From a virus (taxonomy: Duplodnaviria; Caudoviricetes), in IMG/VR virus record IMGVR_UViG_3300048770_000009, positions 1 to 58,114 of that record: a stretch of DNA of 58,114 bases, one strand, 5' to 3'. Within the stretch, counting starts at the first letter, position 1; each line of letters opens with the position of its first letter. This document shows, piece by piece, positions 17,388-24,826 of this stretch. The notes beneath the pieces were generated by a model. It saw nothing but the letters and a program-made list of their open reading frames with translations, was not told the origin of the DNA and searched no databases. A program made the position numbers and the translations under genes.

Positions 17388-17505
17388 TGGATCACCTTGC
17401 CTTTCGGGGTTGAGTTTTTGCCCTATTCTGCCAGTCCTCGGCACCAGCTTTGAAGGGACTTATCCGCGCAGGACCAACCGAGGGACTCTGCGACTGGAAT
17501 CAAAC

Positions 17506-18537
17506 TTACTTCTTCCACCACGCTCTGAGGTATGCCGAGTTTTGCTTCTCTTCCGTGTGCTTCTTGATGATATCGGCGGAAGAAATGGCATTCCCGGCGC
17601 GCGCGTCGTCGTAGAGAGCGGCTAACTCGATCATAGCCGCCTTCTCGTCCGTAACAGGCTTCTTCTCGGGCCTCACCCATCCACACGTCCCAAACGGAGT
17701 TACCACCTTCTGCGCATCCCCCACCAGCGCCCGCAGTTGGTTGTTCGCTAACTGCTTCTGTTCCCCCGCTTCCTTCTCACAGTCGTCTGCCGACTTCATC
17801 TCGGCGGTCCACTTAAGAATCTCGGGGTATCTGGGATCGTGCGGGCCGATGACCTTGCCGGTGTTGAGTGAAAACTTGCGGGCGAGATACTTGCCATAAC
17901 TCTCGCTCTCGTCGATAGCTGGCTCGACTTTGCGCAGCACATTGTCAAACCAGAACGACCGGCACGCCTCGATCATGTCCTTCTCAAGTTGGGGATCGCG
18001 CTCAATGCGGTACTGGGCCAAGGTGTTGCCGGAGAACAGCACGGCGAAGTTCCAGCCCCGTGCATTGCAGACGGCGGTATACCAAGCTGCTTGTATGAGA
18101 TAGTGGGCGGGCACGCCATCGCTGCCCTCCTCGCCCCACTCCTCACTCTTGCGGGAGCTGCACTTGACCTCAAGCCCACTGTGCGCTGAGGGAATCCAGC
18201 CGTCGGGCGCGCCCAGCATCCAAGGCTCCGCGCCCTCAATGAGCGTTGAATCGCGCCACGGCCGGGATTTGGGGAAGATAACTCCGAGGTCGGCGGGCGC
18301 CACCACTTGGGTGTTGAAACGCTCTTGGTAGCGGCCGCGCACGATGGGTTCAAGCGCGCTGCCCCAGTACAAGCACTCCTTGTCAAGCTCCGGCTGCTTC
18401 TCGGGGCTGACCTTGCCGGCGTAGATCTGAATAGGGCGCTTGTATGGGGAGAGGCCTAAAATAGCTGCCGCATCGGTTCCCCCTACGCCTCCCGCTCTTG
18501 ACGCAGCATAACTTTCCTTTTCATCATAAATCGCCAT
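17506..18537 (-). CDS. YqaJ-like (lambda-Exo family) exonuclease
   Basis: RAGGVGGTDAAAILGLSPY, WGSALEP, GAPDG, LEVK, PAHYLIQ. Confidence 0.92.
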   Translation of the reverse strand: MAIYDEKESYAASRAGGVGGTDAAAILGLSPYKRPIQIYAGKVSPEKQPELDKECLYWGSALEPIVRGRYQERFNTQVVAPADLGVIFPKSRPWRDSTLIEGAEPWMLGAPDGWIPSAHSGLEVKCSSRKSEEWGEEGSDGVPAHYLIQAAWYTAVCNARGWNFAVLFSGNTLAQYRIERDPQLEKDMIEACRSFWFDNVLRKVEPAIDESESYGKYLARKFSLNTGKVIGPHDPRYPEILKWTAEMKSADDCEKEAGEQKQLANNQLRALVGDAQKVVTPFGTCGWVRPEKKPVTDEKAAMIELAALYDDARAGNAISSADIIKKHTEEKQNSAYLRAWWKK

Positions 18538-19168
18538 GTCCGTACCTTGCCTTTCTGGAGATCGCTCTCTCAAATGTTTCGCCGCGTCTGATGCGGCGGT
18601 AGATCAAAGCTCGATTCAACCCTAACATTTCGCACCACTCCGCCAGGCAGCGAGTTTTGCCGTCTTTGGTGAAGCGTAGATTGGTTCTCTGATTGCGAGC
18701 CTGCTCTTTGCTTGTTGCCCAGCGACAGTTGCGTGGCTCGTAATCGCCATTGACATCCTGCCGATCTAAGCTCATTCCACCAGGGCGCAATCCCATGTCG
18801 GAGAAGAAGTTCTCAAACTTACTCCAACGGTCGCAAACTTTGATTCCACGACCGCCATAGTTATGATAGTCCTCGTTGTTTGGATTGTTGCACCGATCCT
18901 TGATGCTGTACCATGCCCGATATTCCGGCGTGCCGGTCATCCGATGTGTGGCGCTCGCTGACAATTCACTGCGAATACATCCACATGAGCGCGTATTACC
19001 CGACCGCAGAGAATGTCCAAACGCTATGATTTCATTGCCACAGTCACAGCGACATAGCCATACCGCGCGCATGTCAGTGCTATTGGTCCCATGTTGGCGA
19101 GAGTCGCGCCGCTCCAACACCAGCAGTTTGGTGAATCTCTTGCCGGTCATCTCGATAACATGGCACAT
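18524..19168 (-). CDS. HNH-type homing endonuclease
   Basis: GKRFTKLLV...WLCRCDCG...SCGC...YGGRGIKVCDRW...SLDRQDVNGDYEPRNCRWAT; AT-richer. Confidence 0.88.
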   Translation of the reverse strand: MCHVIEMTGKRFTKLLVLERRDSRQHGTNSTDMRAVWLCRCDCGNEIIAFGHSLRSGNTRSCGCIRSELSASATHRMTGTPEYRAWYSIKDRCNNPNNEDYHNYGGRGIKVCDRWSKFENFFSDMGLRPGGMSLDRQDVNGDYEPRNCRWATSKEQARNQRTNLRFTKDGKTRCLAEWCEMLGLNRALIYRRIRRGETFERAISRKARYGHGDL

Positions 19169-19431
19169 CACTTGCCTTTCAGTGCCCAAATGCTTTCAAT
19201 GGGCAGTTCGATGAATGCTGCGATTTTGAGCGCACTATCCAGCCTGGGGGTGCATCCGTGCTCGATCTGGCAGAGCGTGGCATTACTGACTTTGATGACC
19301 TTCTCCACCTGCCGGATCGTGACGCCCTTGCTTTCCCTCATGCCCTGGATGTCCACTAGCAGCCGCGTCTTGGTGGGTCTCTGCGCGGTCACTGAGATGC
19401 GCTTGCCGGGTTTCATTTGCGAAAGTTTCAT
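19168..19431 (-). CDS. XRE/Cro-type HTH regulator
   Basis: MRESKGVTIRQVEKVIKVSNATLCQIEHG.TPRL HTH pattern. Confidence 0.8.
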   Translation of the reverse strand: MKLSQMKPGKRISVTAQRPTKTRLLVDIQGMRESKGVTIRQVEKVIKVSNATLCQIEHGCTPRLDSALKIAAFIELPIESIWALKGK

Positions 19432-19470
19432 ATCGCAAACCATCCTAGAGAATCAAACTCGCTTTGTCAA
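19416..19470 (-). promoter_or_regulatory. Sigma70 promoter with inverted-repeat operator over the XRE start
   Basis: TTGACA (19470-19465), N17, TAGGAT (19447-19442). Inverted repeat TTTGCGA...TCGCAAA at 19416-19439. Confidence 0.7.
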
Positions 19471-19687
19471 GCGAATTATTTTCGTCGCCCTCTTCCCGCT
19501 CCCGCCTGGCCGCCTTGCCGTTGCGGGCGTAGGTGTTGCCGACGTGCCACTTGTGGCAAAACCCACAGAGGTAGCTGTTCATCTCGACCCCGTATATGAT
19601 CTGCGAAGCCTTGGCCGCGGCGTCGGCCTTGCGCTCGGAGTTATGCCGTTGCTTGCCCCGGCAGGAGGAGGCCCAGCGATTACTCAT
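19445..19687 (-). CDS. Small Zn-binding hypothetical protein
   Basis: CRGKQRH...SYLCGFCHKWHVG motif; ATGA overlap with the upstream gene. Confidence 0.65.
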   Translation of the reverse strand: MSNRWASSCRGKQRHNSERKADAAAKASQIIYGVEMNSYLCGFCHKWHVGNTYARNGKAARREREEGDENNSLDKASLIL

Positions 19688-19854
19688 GCGCCCGCCTTGT
19701 CTGCCGGGGGTGCTGCGGCGCTAGCAGCCGCCTTGACCTCGGCTGGCTTTGCGTATTCACACCTACGACAACGCCATATTGGAGGGAATCCGCCCTTGAA
19801 GAATTTGTGTTCCATTTCTTCGCCACATACTCCACACTTTTTCTTCTCGCTCAA
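19684..19854 (-). CDS. Small zinc-ribbon protein (56 aa, below ORF-track cutoff)
   Basis: MSEKKKCGVCGEEM...WRCRRCE; TTGA and ATGA overlaps. Confidence 0.6.
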   Translation of the reverse strand: MSEKKKCGVCGEEMEHKFFKGGFPPIWRCRRCEYAKPAEVKAAASAAAPPADKAGA

Positions 19855-20396
19855 CGTCCTGCCTCCTTCGCAAGCTCGGCGAGACGGGCGATGCGTAGCC
19901 TAGCGTAATCCTGCGCGGCATCCAAGGAATCTTTGCCACTAAATGTCGCACAAACATCGCCATCTATAAGCACAGAGTTTTTAGAGACAGTCACCTGCTT
20001 TTGCGGCTTGGGCGCGATGCCAGCAGCAGCGATGCGTCTATCCAGCATGGCATTGAATCGGTCAGATAGCTTCATGTCGCGCCATCCTTCAATGCCCTCA
20101 GCCTCTCCTAAGCGCATGTGTCCGAGTAATTCCCGTACCTGCTCCAGTGTGAACGTCGGCTCCTGCGCGGCTGGCTGCTGGACCGTACCTGCCGCCGTCA
20201 CCATAGGTACATAGCGCAAAGGTGAAGGCTGCGCCATGCTGTATGTATCGGTTGGCTCTGGCTCCGCTGGTCGCTCCAGTGCGAGCACGGCCTCAGCAAC
20301 CTTAAAAGCAAACTCATCTACCTCTGTAACATGGTGATACTTGCGCCACTCACGGCACAAATACATAACCGCTTCTTTCTGCTTCTCACTCAGCAT
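19851..20396 (-). CDS. Hypothetical protein
   Basis: 181-aa ORF with GGAGG RBS, in operon. Confidence 0.6.
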   Translation of the reverse strand: MLSEKQKEAVMYLCREWRKYHHVTEVDEFAFKVAEAVLALERPAEPEPTDTYSMAQPSPLRYVPMVTAAGTVQQPAAQEPTFTLEQVRELLGHMRLGEAEGIEGWRDMKLSDRFNAMLDRRIAAAGIAPKPQKQVTVSKNSVLIDGDVCATFSGKDSLDAAQDYARLRIARLAELAKEAGR

Positions 20397-20605
20397 TTCC
20401 CCTCCTTCGCGCCCGTAGGCGGATGCTCGACCTCAACAAGCCCTTGGCACTCGCAGCACCAGGTCCAGTGATCCATCAGTTTCTCGTGAAATTTGACGAC
20501 GCTCTGCATGTGCCGCCCCGCTGCCATGCCGGTTAGCTCGCGGACAATCGCCGCCTCCGCATCGTGCCGCTCTCGCAGCCGCTTCCCTTCCGCGCACTCG
20601 CTCAC
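20390..20605 (-). CDS. Small hypothetical protein
   Basis: 71-aa ORF, GTGA overlap with the upstream gene. Confidence 0.5.
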   Translation of the reverse strand: MSECAEGKRLRERHDAEAAIVRELTGMAAGRHMQSVVKFHEKLMDHWTWCCECQGLVEVEHPPTGAKEGKC

Positions 20606-21231
20606 AATGAACCTCCCAACTCCCGCCGGCGCGCCATCAGCCAGGCCGCTTTGAAGTCGCGCTCGATCTGGAACTTGACCTTGGCCGCCTCGTCGCCGGC
20701 TAGCGCGTTGCTTTTGATGGCGGGGTGGCGGCTGAGGATATGCAACCCCTCAGTGGTCGTCCCGGCGCCCAAAATAGCCAGCGATTGGAATAACCGGCTA
20801 GGGATGGCCGGCGCAGGCTCGGCCTCTTCAAGCAGCGGCCCCGGCTGCCAGTCGTCCATGTGGGCGCCAGGCTTGCGCCAGCGATCGCCGTACACCGCCG
20901 GCCGCTCCTTCCACTCCACGCCGTGCCGGGCCAGGTTACGTAGAAGCCAGCGGAGATCCGCGGCGAACTCGGCGTCGAAGATGCACTCAGTGATGTCGCC
21001 CAGCGTCGGCCAGCCCTTGCTGGTGAGCGAGACCCAGTTGAATGCCTCGGCGAGTTGGTCCTCACCAAAGTTCCGGAGCGCGCGGGCCCACAGCTCCTGT
21101 TGCTTTGGGTTGGGTTCTTTGTCGAGCATCTCCCGCAGGAGCGCTACCGCGTTCGAGAGTTTCGTTATCTCCGGCTCTCTGCCGCTGAATACGATCGAGA
21201 ACGGATTCCCCGTGCCCGTTGGATTTGCCAT
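20602..21231 (-). CDS. Putative helicase loader/inhibitor-like replication protein
   Basis: Follows the initiator gene. LW..AL..FG.DQL..AF...WPTLGDI pattern, strong GGAGG RBS, 170-nt overlap with the initiator. Confidence 0.5.
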   Translation of the reverse strand: MANPTGTGNPFSIVFSGREPEITKLSNAVALLREMLDKEPNPKQQELWARALRNFGEDQLAEAFNWVSLTSKGWPTLGDITECIFDAEFAADLRWLLRNLARHGVEWKERPAVYGDRWRKPGAHMDDWQPGPLLEEAEPAPAIPSRLFQSLAILGAGTTTEGLHILSRHPAIKSNALAGDEAAKVKFQIERDFKAAWLMARRRELGGSL

Positions 21232-22027
21232 TTGACTTTCCTCCTGGTTTCCAGTTGAGCCGCTTTTCAAACTCTTCCTGAGACTGGAATATCTGATCGA
21301 TCCAGTCCACATACCCCTTAACCACGTGGTACTCGCTTGCGGCCAAGTTCTCTACCGCTTGGGAGAACTCTGTTTCCACGGCCGCCTCGTTGCCGTCGTT
21401 CGCCTTCAACCGCTCTCTGAACCTCATAGAGGCTTTCTTTCGCCGTTCGTCGGTCAACTGGTACTTTTTGGGGTTCTTCTGGAACTTCTCACAGTAAAAC
21501 CCAAAGACCAATTCAATGATCTCTTTCTCCCGTGAGCTTGTCTCACGGTGAGCCGAAGGCGACGAGTTCTTAGGTGTTGGTAAAGGTAAAGGTAACGGTG
21601 ATGGTAACGGGCATGAGCCAAGCATTGCTTGTTGATTGCTTGGAGCATTGCTTGGAGCATTGCTTGGAGCATTGCTTGGAGCATCCTTTTTCCATCGTGT
21701 TTCTGCCGCCGATTTAGCTTTCTCTTGTGCTTTCAATCGTTTACCTTGCCACTTCTCTAATTCTCGGTCTGCGCGGCCCTGGTGGTACTTCCCATCCTCT
21801 TGCAGCTCGAAGAACTCATCGAGCAATGCTTGAGCAATGCTCCAAGCATCCTGTTGCAGTTTGCAGATCGACGCGACCTGCTCGAGGTTGTTGGGAAGTG
21901 GCCCGCGACGCCAATAATGCATGAGCAGCAGGAGGTATGCCCCATGCTGCGTAGTTGTCAGATGTCCGGTGTCGGCGAGGTAATCTCCGATTGAGAGCGG
22001 CATCCAAATATCAACCTTGCTCGGCAA
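21062..22027 (-). CDS. Replication initiator (DUF1376/YdaU family)
   Basis: WMPLSIGDYLADTGHLTTTQHGAYLLLLMHYW...HQGRADRELEK. TTG start at 22027 after GAGGGG; internal iterons. Confidence 0.85.
   Translation of the reverse strand: MPSKVDIWMPLSIGDYLADTGHLTTTQHGAYLLLLMHYWRRGPLPNNLEQVASICKLQQDAWSIAQALLDEFFELQEDGKYHQGRADRELEKWQGKRLKAQEKAKSAAETRWKKDAPSNAPSNAPSNAPSNQQAMLGSCPLPSPLPLPLPTPKNSSPSAHRETSSREKEIIELVFGFYCEKFQKNPKKYQLTDERRKKASMRFRERLKANDGNEAAVETEFSQAVENLAASEYHVVKGYVDWIDQIFQSQEEFEKRLNWKPGGKSNGKSNGHGESVLDRIQRQRAGDNETLERGSAPAGDARQRTQPKATGAVGPRAPELW
21619..21850. repeat. Iteron-like repeats (probable origin of replication)
   Basis: 4 x ATTGCTTGGAGC at 21635-21682, palindrome CAAGCATTGCTTG at 21619-21631, and inverted copies GAGCAATGCT at 21821-21841. 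Confidence 0.75.
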
Positions 22028-22184
22028 TGCTTCCCCTCTCAGTGAGGCTGCCAGGGTGGGTCTGAGAAACCCACCCCAGCACTTTTTCGGCTCAGGGAGC
22101 GACCCCAAGCACCTGAGTCCAAACCACTGGGCGCGGCGGACAATCCCATAATACGCTCGCCGCCAGAAAACGCAACAGCAAAAA

Positions 22185-22331
22185 TCAGAACGGCCTGTGC
22201 TCCAAGTAGACGATCCACGCAGCCAGCGCCGCGGTAGCCAGCGCAATGGCGTAGAGAGCGGCGCGCAGCCAGGTCTGCCACTCTGGAGTGGGCAGGTGGC
22301 TGATGTTGCCCTCAACCGTGCGGCGGGTCAT
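22185..22331 (-). CDS. Small single-pass membrane protein (48 aa)
   Basis: ...WLRAALYAIALATAALAAWIVYL; ATGA overlap. Confidence 0.5.
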   Translation of the reverse strand: MTRRTVEGNISHLPTPEWQTWLRAALYAIALATAALAAWIVYLEHRPF

Positions 22332-22432
22332 GGCTGCACCATCGCCCGCCAGATCGCGCGGACTGCGTAAATGATCCAGCCGTCAAACACGAGCGAGACC
22401 GCCGCTATCTTCGCAAGCTGGTGCGGGGTCAT
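22328..22432 (-). CDS. Small membrane peptide (34 aa)
   Basis: MTPHQLAKIAAVSLVFDGWIIYAVRAIWRAMVQP; ATGA overlaps. Confidence 0.5.
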   Translation of the reverse strand: MTPHQLAKIAAVSLVFDGWIIYAVRAIWRAMVQP

Positions 22433-22752
22433 TTGCCGTCCGCCTGAGCGAGTGCGGCGCGTCCCGATGCAATCAAGCAGCAACCGTCCGATTGATTCAT
22501 GCATGTGCATGACCCAGCATCGACAAGTGCTTTCAGCGCCTCGTACATCTGCGTCTCAAGCGGGCGCGTGTTCCAAGCGGCGATGGCTAAGATTTCGGCA
22601 GTTTCTCTGTCGGTATCCCATCCGCACACCGGGCTTTTTACGCCGCATTTGCATGCCAGAAACGCTGGGCCATGCGTCATCGATTCAACAGACGGAGCCG
22701 AGAGTTCTTTGCACCACGGATTCGGGCACGGCTTCAACTTTGTCAATGGCAT
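22429..22752 (-). CDS. Lar-family (restriction alleviation-like) protein
   Basis: LKPCPNPWC...ACKCG...AIAAWNTRP. Confidence 0.75.
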   Translation of the reverse strand: MPLTKLKPCPNPWCKELSAPSVESMTHGPAFLACKCGVKSPVCGWDTDRETAEILAIAAWNTRPLETQMYEALKALVDAGSCTCMNQSDGCCLIASGRAALAQADGK

Positions 22753-22856
22753 CACTTCACCCCGATCTGCGCCGCGGCCCACACGACGCCGGAGGCGAAC
22801 GCGACGAATCCGGCGGCTACGATAAGTCCCAACAGTGCTGCGCGAACGTAAGTCAT
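22752..22856 (-). CDS. Small membrane peptide (34 aa)
   Basis: MTYVRAALLGLIVAAGFVAFASGVVWAAAQIGVK; AGGAG RBS and TGATG overlap. Confidence 0.5.
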   Translation of the reverse strand: MTYVRAALLGLIVAAGFVAFASGVVWAAAQIGVK

Positions 22857-22870
22857 GGCTTATAGTTCTC

Positions 22871-23089
22871 CTAAATCTTGTACTTCTTTGAATCGGTTGG
22901 GTGTTTAGGCACCGGCGGGCGGATCTCGGTCGATCCGTATACGGCATCCATGAAGTGCTTGTGCCGCAGCGTTTCTTGCAGTTCCGCGTGCTCGCGAAGG
23001 GTGCGCTGGGCTGCGACCCACCCCAGATAGCCGGCGACCGCCAGTGTAAGGATGAGCAATACGACAAGGGCCCCTGTCAACTTATCCAC
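22871..23089 (-). CDS. Small membrane-anchored protein
   Basis: N-terminal TM helix ALVVLLILTLAVAGYLGWVAA. Confidence 0.55.
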   Translation of the reverse strand: MDKLTGALVVLLILTLAVAGYLGWVAAQRTLREHAELQETLRHKHFMDAVYGSTEIRPPVPKHPTDSKKYKI

Positions 23090-23092
23090 GAC

Positions 23093-23518
23093 CTACCTCC
23101 GAACGAGCTTCAAAGGTTGAGTATTGCCGCCTTGGCGCCAGGCGCCGCGCAATGTGCCATCGGCGCCGACTTCCCCCGTCCAGAATGCCGGCAGCGTGGG
23201 AATGCGGAACGAAAGTGTGTAGCCTTCGAGGCTCTGCGCGGTGGCGAAATTGTCAACCTTGATGCCGGTCACGTCGTCTCCGTCAAGAGTGCCGGCCAGC
23301 TCGCCCTGGTTGGTGACACGCAGATGCAGCTTGATGTGCAAGGGGCCGAGGTTCCCCGCGTATTCCCCTGCCAGCGACAAGGGTACGACGCGAACCGTGC
23401 CGTGCTGGCTGGGCGCCAGAGCATATTGAATGGTCTGGAGAGCTGGCTTGACAGCCTGAGACCACGCGGGCGCGCTACAGGCCGCCAAGACAAGAGCCAA
23501 AGTGATTGTATGCTTCAT
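23093..23518 (-). CDS. Secreted beta-rich protein
   Basis: Sec signal MKHTITLALVLAACSAPAWS-Q, followed by a beta-strand-rich domain ending GAWRQGGNTQPLKL. Confidence 0.7.
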   Translation of the reverse strand: MKHTITLALVLAACSAPAWSQAVKPALQTIQYALAPSQHGTVRVVPLSLAGEYAGNLGPLHIKLHLRVTNQGELAGTLDGDDVTGIKVDNFATAQSLEGYTLSFRIPTLPAFWTGEVGADGTLRGAWRQGGNTQPLKLVRR

Positions 23519-23519
23519 T

Positions 23520-23909
23520 TTACCCCCTCACATAAGCCAGCGCCTCATCATGAGGGATGGCGGTATATTCCCGGTCGCACGCTACAAACTTGAACGTCCG
23601 GCCCGAGATGCGGTTGATGTTGAGGTAGCGGCGGCTGTTGATGTGCTTGTACAGCATCAGGTCGCCATCGTTGCCCATGAGCATGAAGTCGCCAGCCTCG
23701 CGCGCGCCGACGAGGTTTACCAGCGGGGTGAAATTGGAGGCCTGCGGTTTCTCTGGTGTGAGCGGAGATAGCGCGCAGTCGAAGAAGTGGAAGCCCACGC
23801 CAGCGCACGCTGGGCAGGACGCAGCACCTTTGCGGCGCCCGAACAGCGCGTCCGCAATGCCGTCGGCCATCACAAAGCCAAGGGGTTTGGGTTGTATGTT
23901 TTGGGTCAT
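23520..23909 (-). CDS. Hypothetical protein
   Basis: ATG 23909 overlaps the upstream stop (TAATG); CPAC and LYKHINSRRYLNI motifs. Confidence 0.65.
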   Translation of the reverse strand: MTQNIQPKPLGFVMADGIADALFGRRKGAASCPACAGVGFHFFDCALSPLTPEKPQASNFTPLVNLVGAREAGDFMLMGNDGDLMLYKHINSRRYLNINRISGRTFKFVACDREYTAIPHDEALAYVRG

Positions 23910-24418
23910 TAGCAGACCTCTTCTTGCAAATAGCGGGTGAATATCTCGATTTGCTTTGCCCACGCAGCGTCCCTCGCAGCGGCCCCCGCAGCGGCCCACG
24001 CAGCGGCCCACGCAGCGGCCCACGCAGCGGCCCACGCAGCGTCCCACGCAGCGTCCCCCGCAGCGGCCCTCGCAGCGGCCCACGCAGCGTCCAGTTCCTC
24101 TACTGAGATTCGGCCATGCGCGGAATCCCGCGCCGCCTTGATTGCTAACTCGGGCCGCTTGTCTTGTGAGTATTTCCGCCAGATCGGAAGAACCTCTTCC
24201 GCGAAGTCAGCAGCCATGAGCCGAGCCACCTTATCGCAGTTTTTGGAGGTCGCAGACAATGCCCATAGCGCATCATCTAAACCGTTGGTTCTAAGGATGG
24301 TGAGTAGGTTGATCGGCTCGGTATCCTTCACGCCCTTCAATGCCGCGCGAAGGAATTTGTACCGCTCCGTACATGCGCCAGCGGATCGCAAGCGCCGGAA
24401 TGTCGTAGTCAGTGTCAT
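23909..24418 (-). CDS. Imm5-like protein with AAW tetrapeptide repeats
   Basis: NGLDDALWAL...ARLMAADFAEEVL...DKRPELAIKAAR then (D/A)AA(W/R/G) x11. Family recalled, not searched. Confidence 0.7.
   Translation of the reverse strand: MTLTTTFRRLRSAGACTERYKFLRAALKGVKDTEPINLLTILRTNGLDDALWALSATSKNCDKVARLMAADFAEEVLPIWRKYSQDKRPELAIKAARDSAHGRISVEELDAAWAAARAAAGDAAWDAAWAAAWAAAWAAAWAAAGAAARDAAWAKQIEIFTRYLQEEVC
23960..24091. repeat. 11 x 12-nt tandem repeat
   Basis: Minus-strand unit G(A/C)C GCT GCG (T/A/G)GG. Confidence 0.95.
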
Positions 24419-24422
24419 CGGT

Positions 24423-24572
24423 CTAGCCTTTCTTGGGTTGAGTTTGGTTCCTCATCGCCGCGCGCAGCGCGCTCGTCACGAACTGCTTCAACGTAACCTC
24501 CGCGTCTACAGCAGCCATTTTCAACTGCTTTAGCAGCGCAGGATCGAAGTCGTTAACACGTAAATCAGCCAT
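24423..24572 (-). CDS. Ribbon-helix-helix regulator (49 aa, leaderless)
   Basis: MADLRVNDFDPALLKQLKMAAVDAEVTLKQFVTSAL, an Arc/FitA-like pattern. ATG lies 6 nt from the -10 box. Confidence 0.75.
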   Translation of the reverse strand: MADLRVNDFDPALLKQLKMAAVDAEVTLKQFVTSALRAAMRNQTQPKKG

Positions 24573-24578
24573 GTCACA

Positions 24579-24607
24579 AAACTACACGTAACGTATGGAC
24601 GTGTCAA
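24579..24607 (-). promoter_or_regulatory. Leftward sigma70 promoter
   Basis: TTGACA (24607-24602), N17, TAGTTT (24584-24579). Confidence 0.75.
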
Positions 24608-24626
24608 GCGTGTACTAAAATAAACT

Positions 24627-24655
24627 TTGACACCACGAACAATCTGTTCTATCGT
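24627..24655 (+). promoter_or_regulatory. Rightward sigma70 promoter
   Basis: TTGACA (24627-24632), N17, TATCGT (24650-24655); sits at the strand switch point. Confidence 0.7.
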
Positions 24656-24660
24656 CTGAA

Positions 24661-24812
24661 ATCGTGGGGGAACGAGGGGGAAGCACACAGCCACTCCCCG
24701 CCCGATCGTGAGCGCGAGGCGTCACCGCCTATCTGGCCCGATGCCCTCGACTGCTGCCTGCCATGCGGCTCAATAGCATGGACCGAAAAGGCCAGATTAA
24801 GCCGTAGGTATC
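24661..24812 (+). ncRNA. Candidate structured leader RNA
   Basis: Stems ATCTGGCC/GGCCAGAT, CCATGC/GCATGG and AGGCG/CGCCT, plus possible pseudoknot pairings. No plausible ORF. Confidence 0.45.
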
Positions 24813-24826
24813 TGAAAAGAGGCTAC

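Noticed and set aside
12506-24091. Diversity-generating retroelement behind the repeat variation
   Set aside because: No reverse transcriptase or TR/VR pair was seen, and variable sites are not adenine-only on one strand.
23960-24091. Mirror-symmetric order of the W/R/G residues across the 11 units
   Set aside because: The other variable site is not symmetric, so this is probably coincidence.
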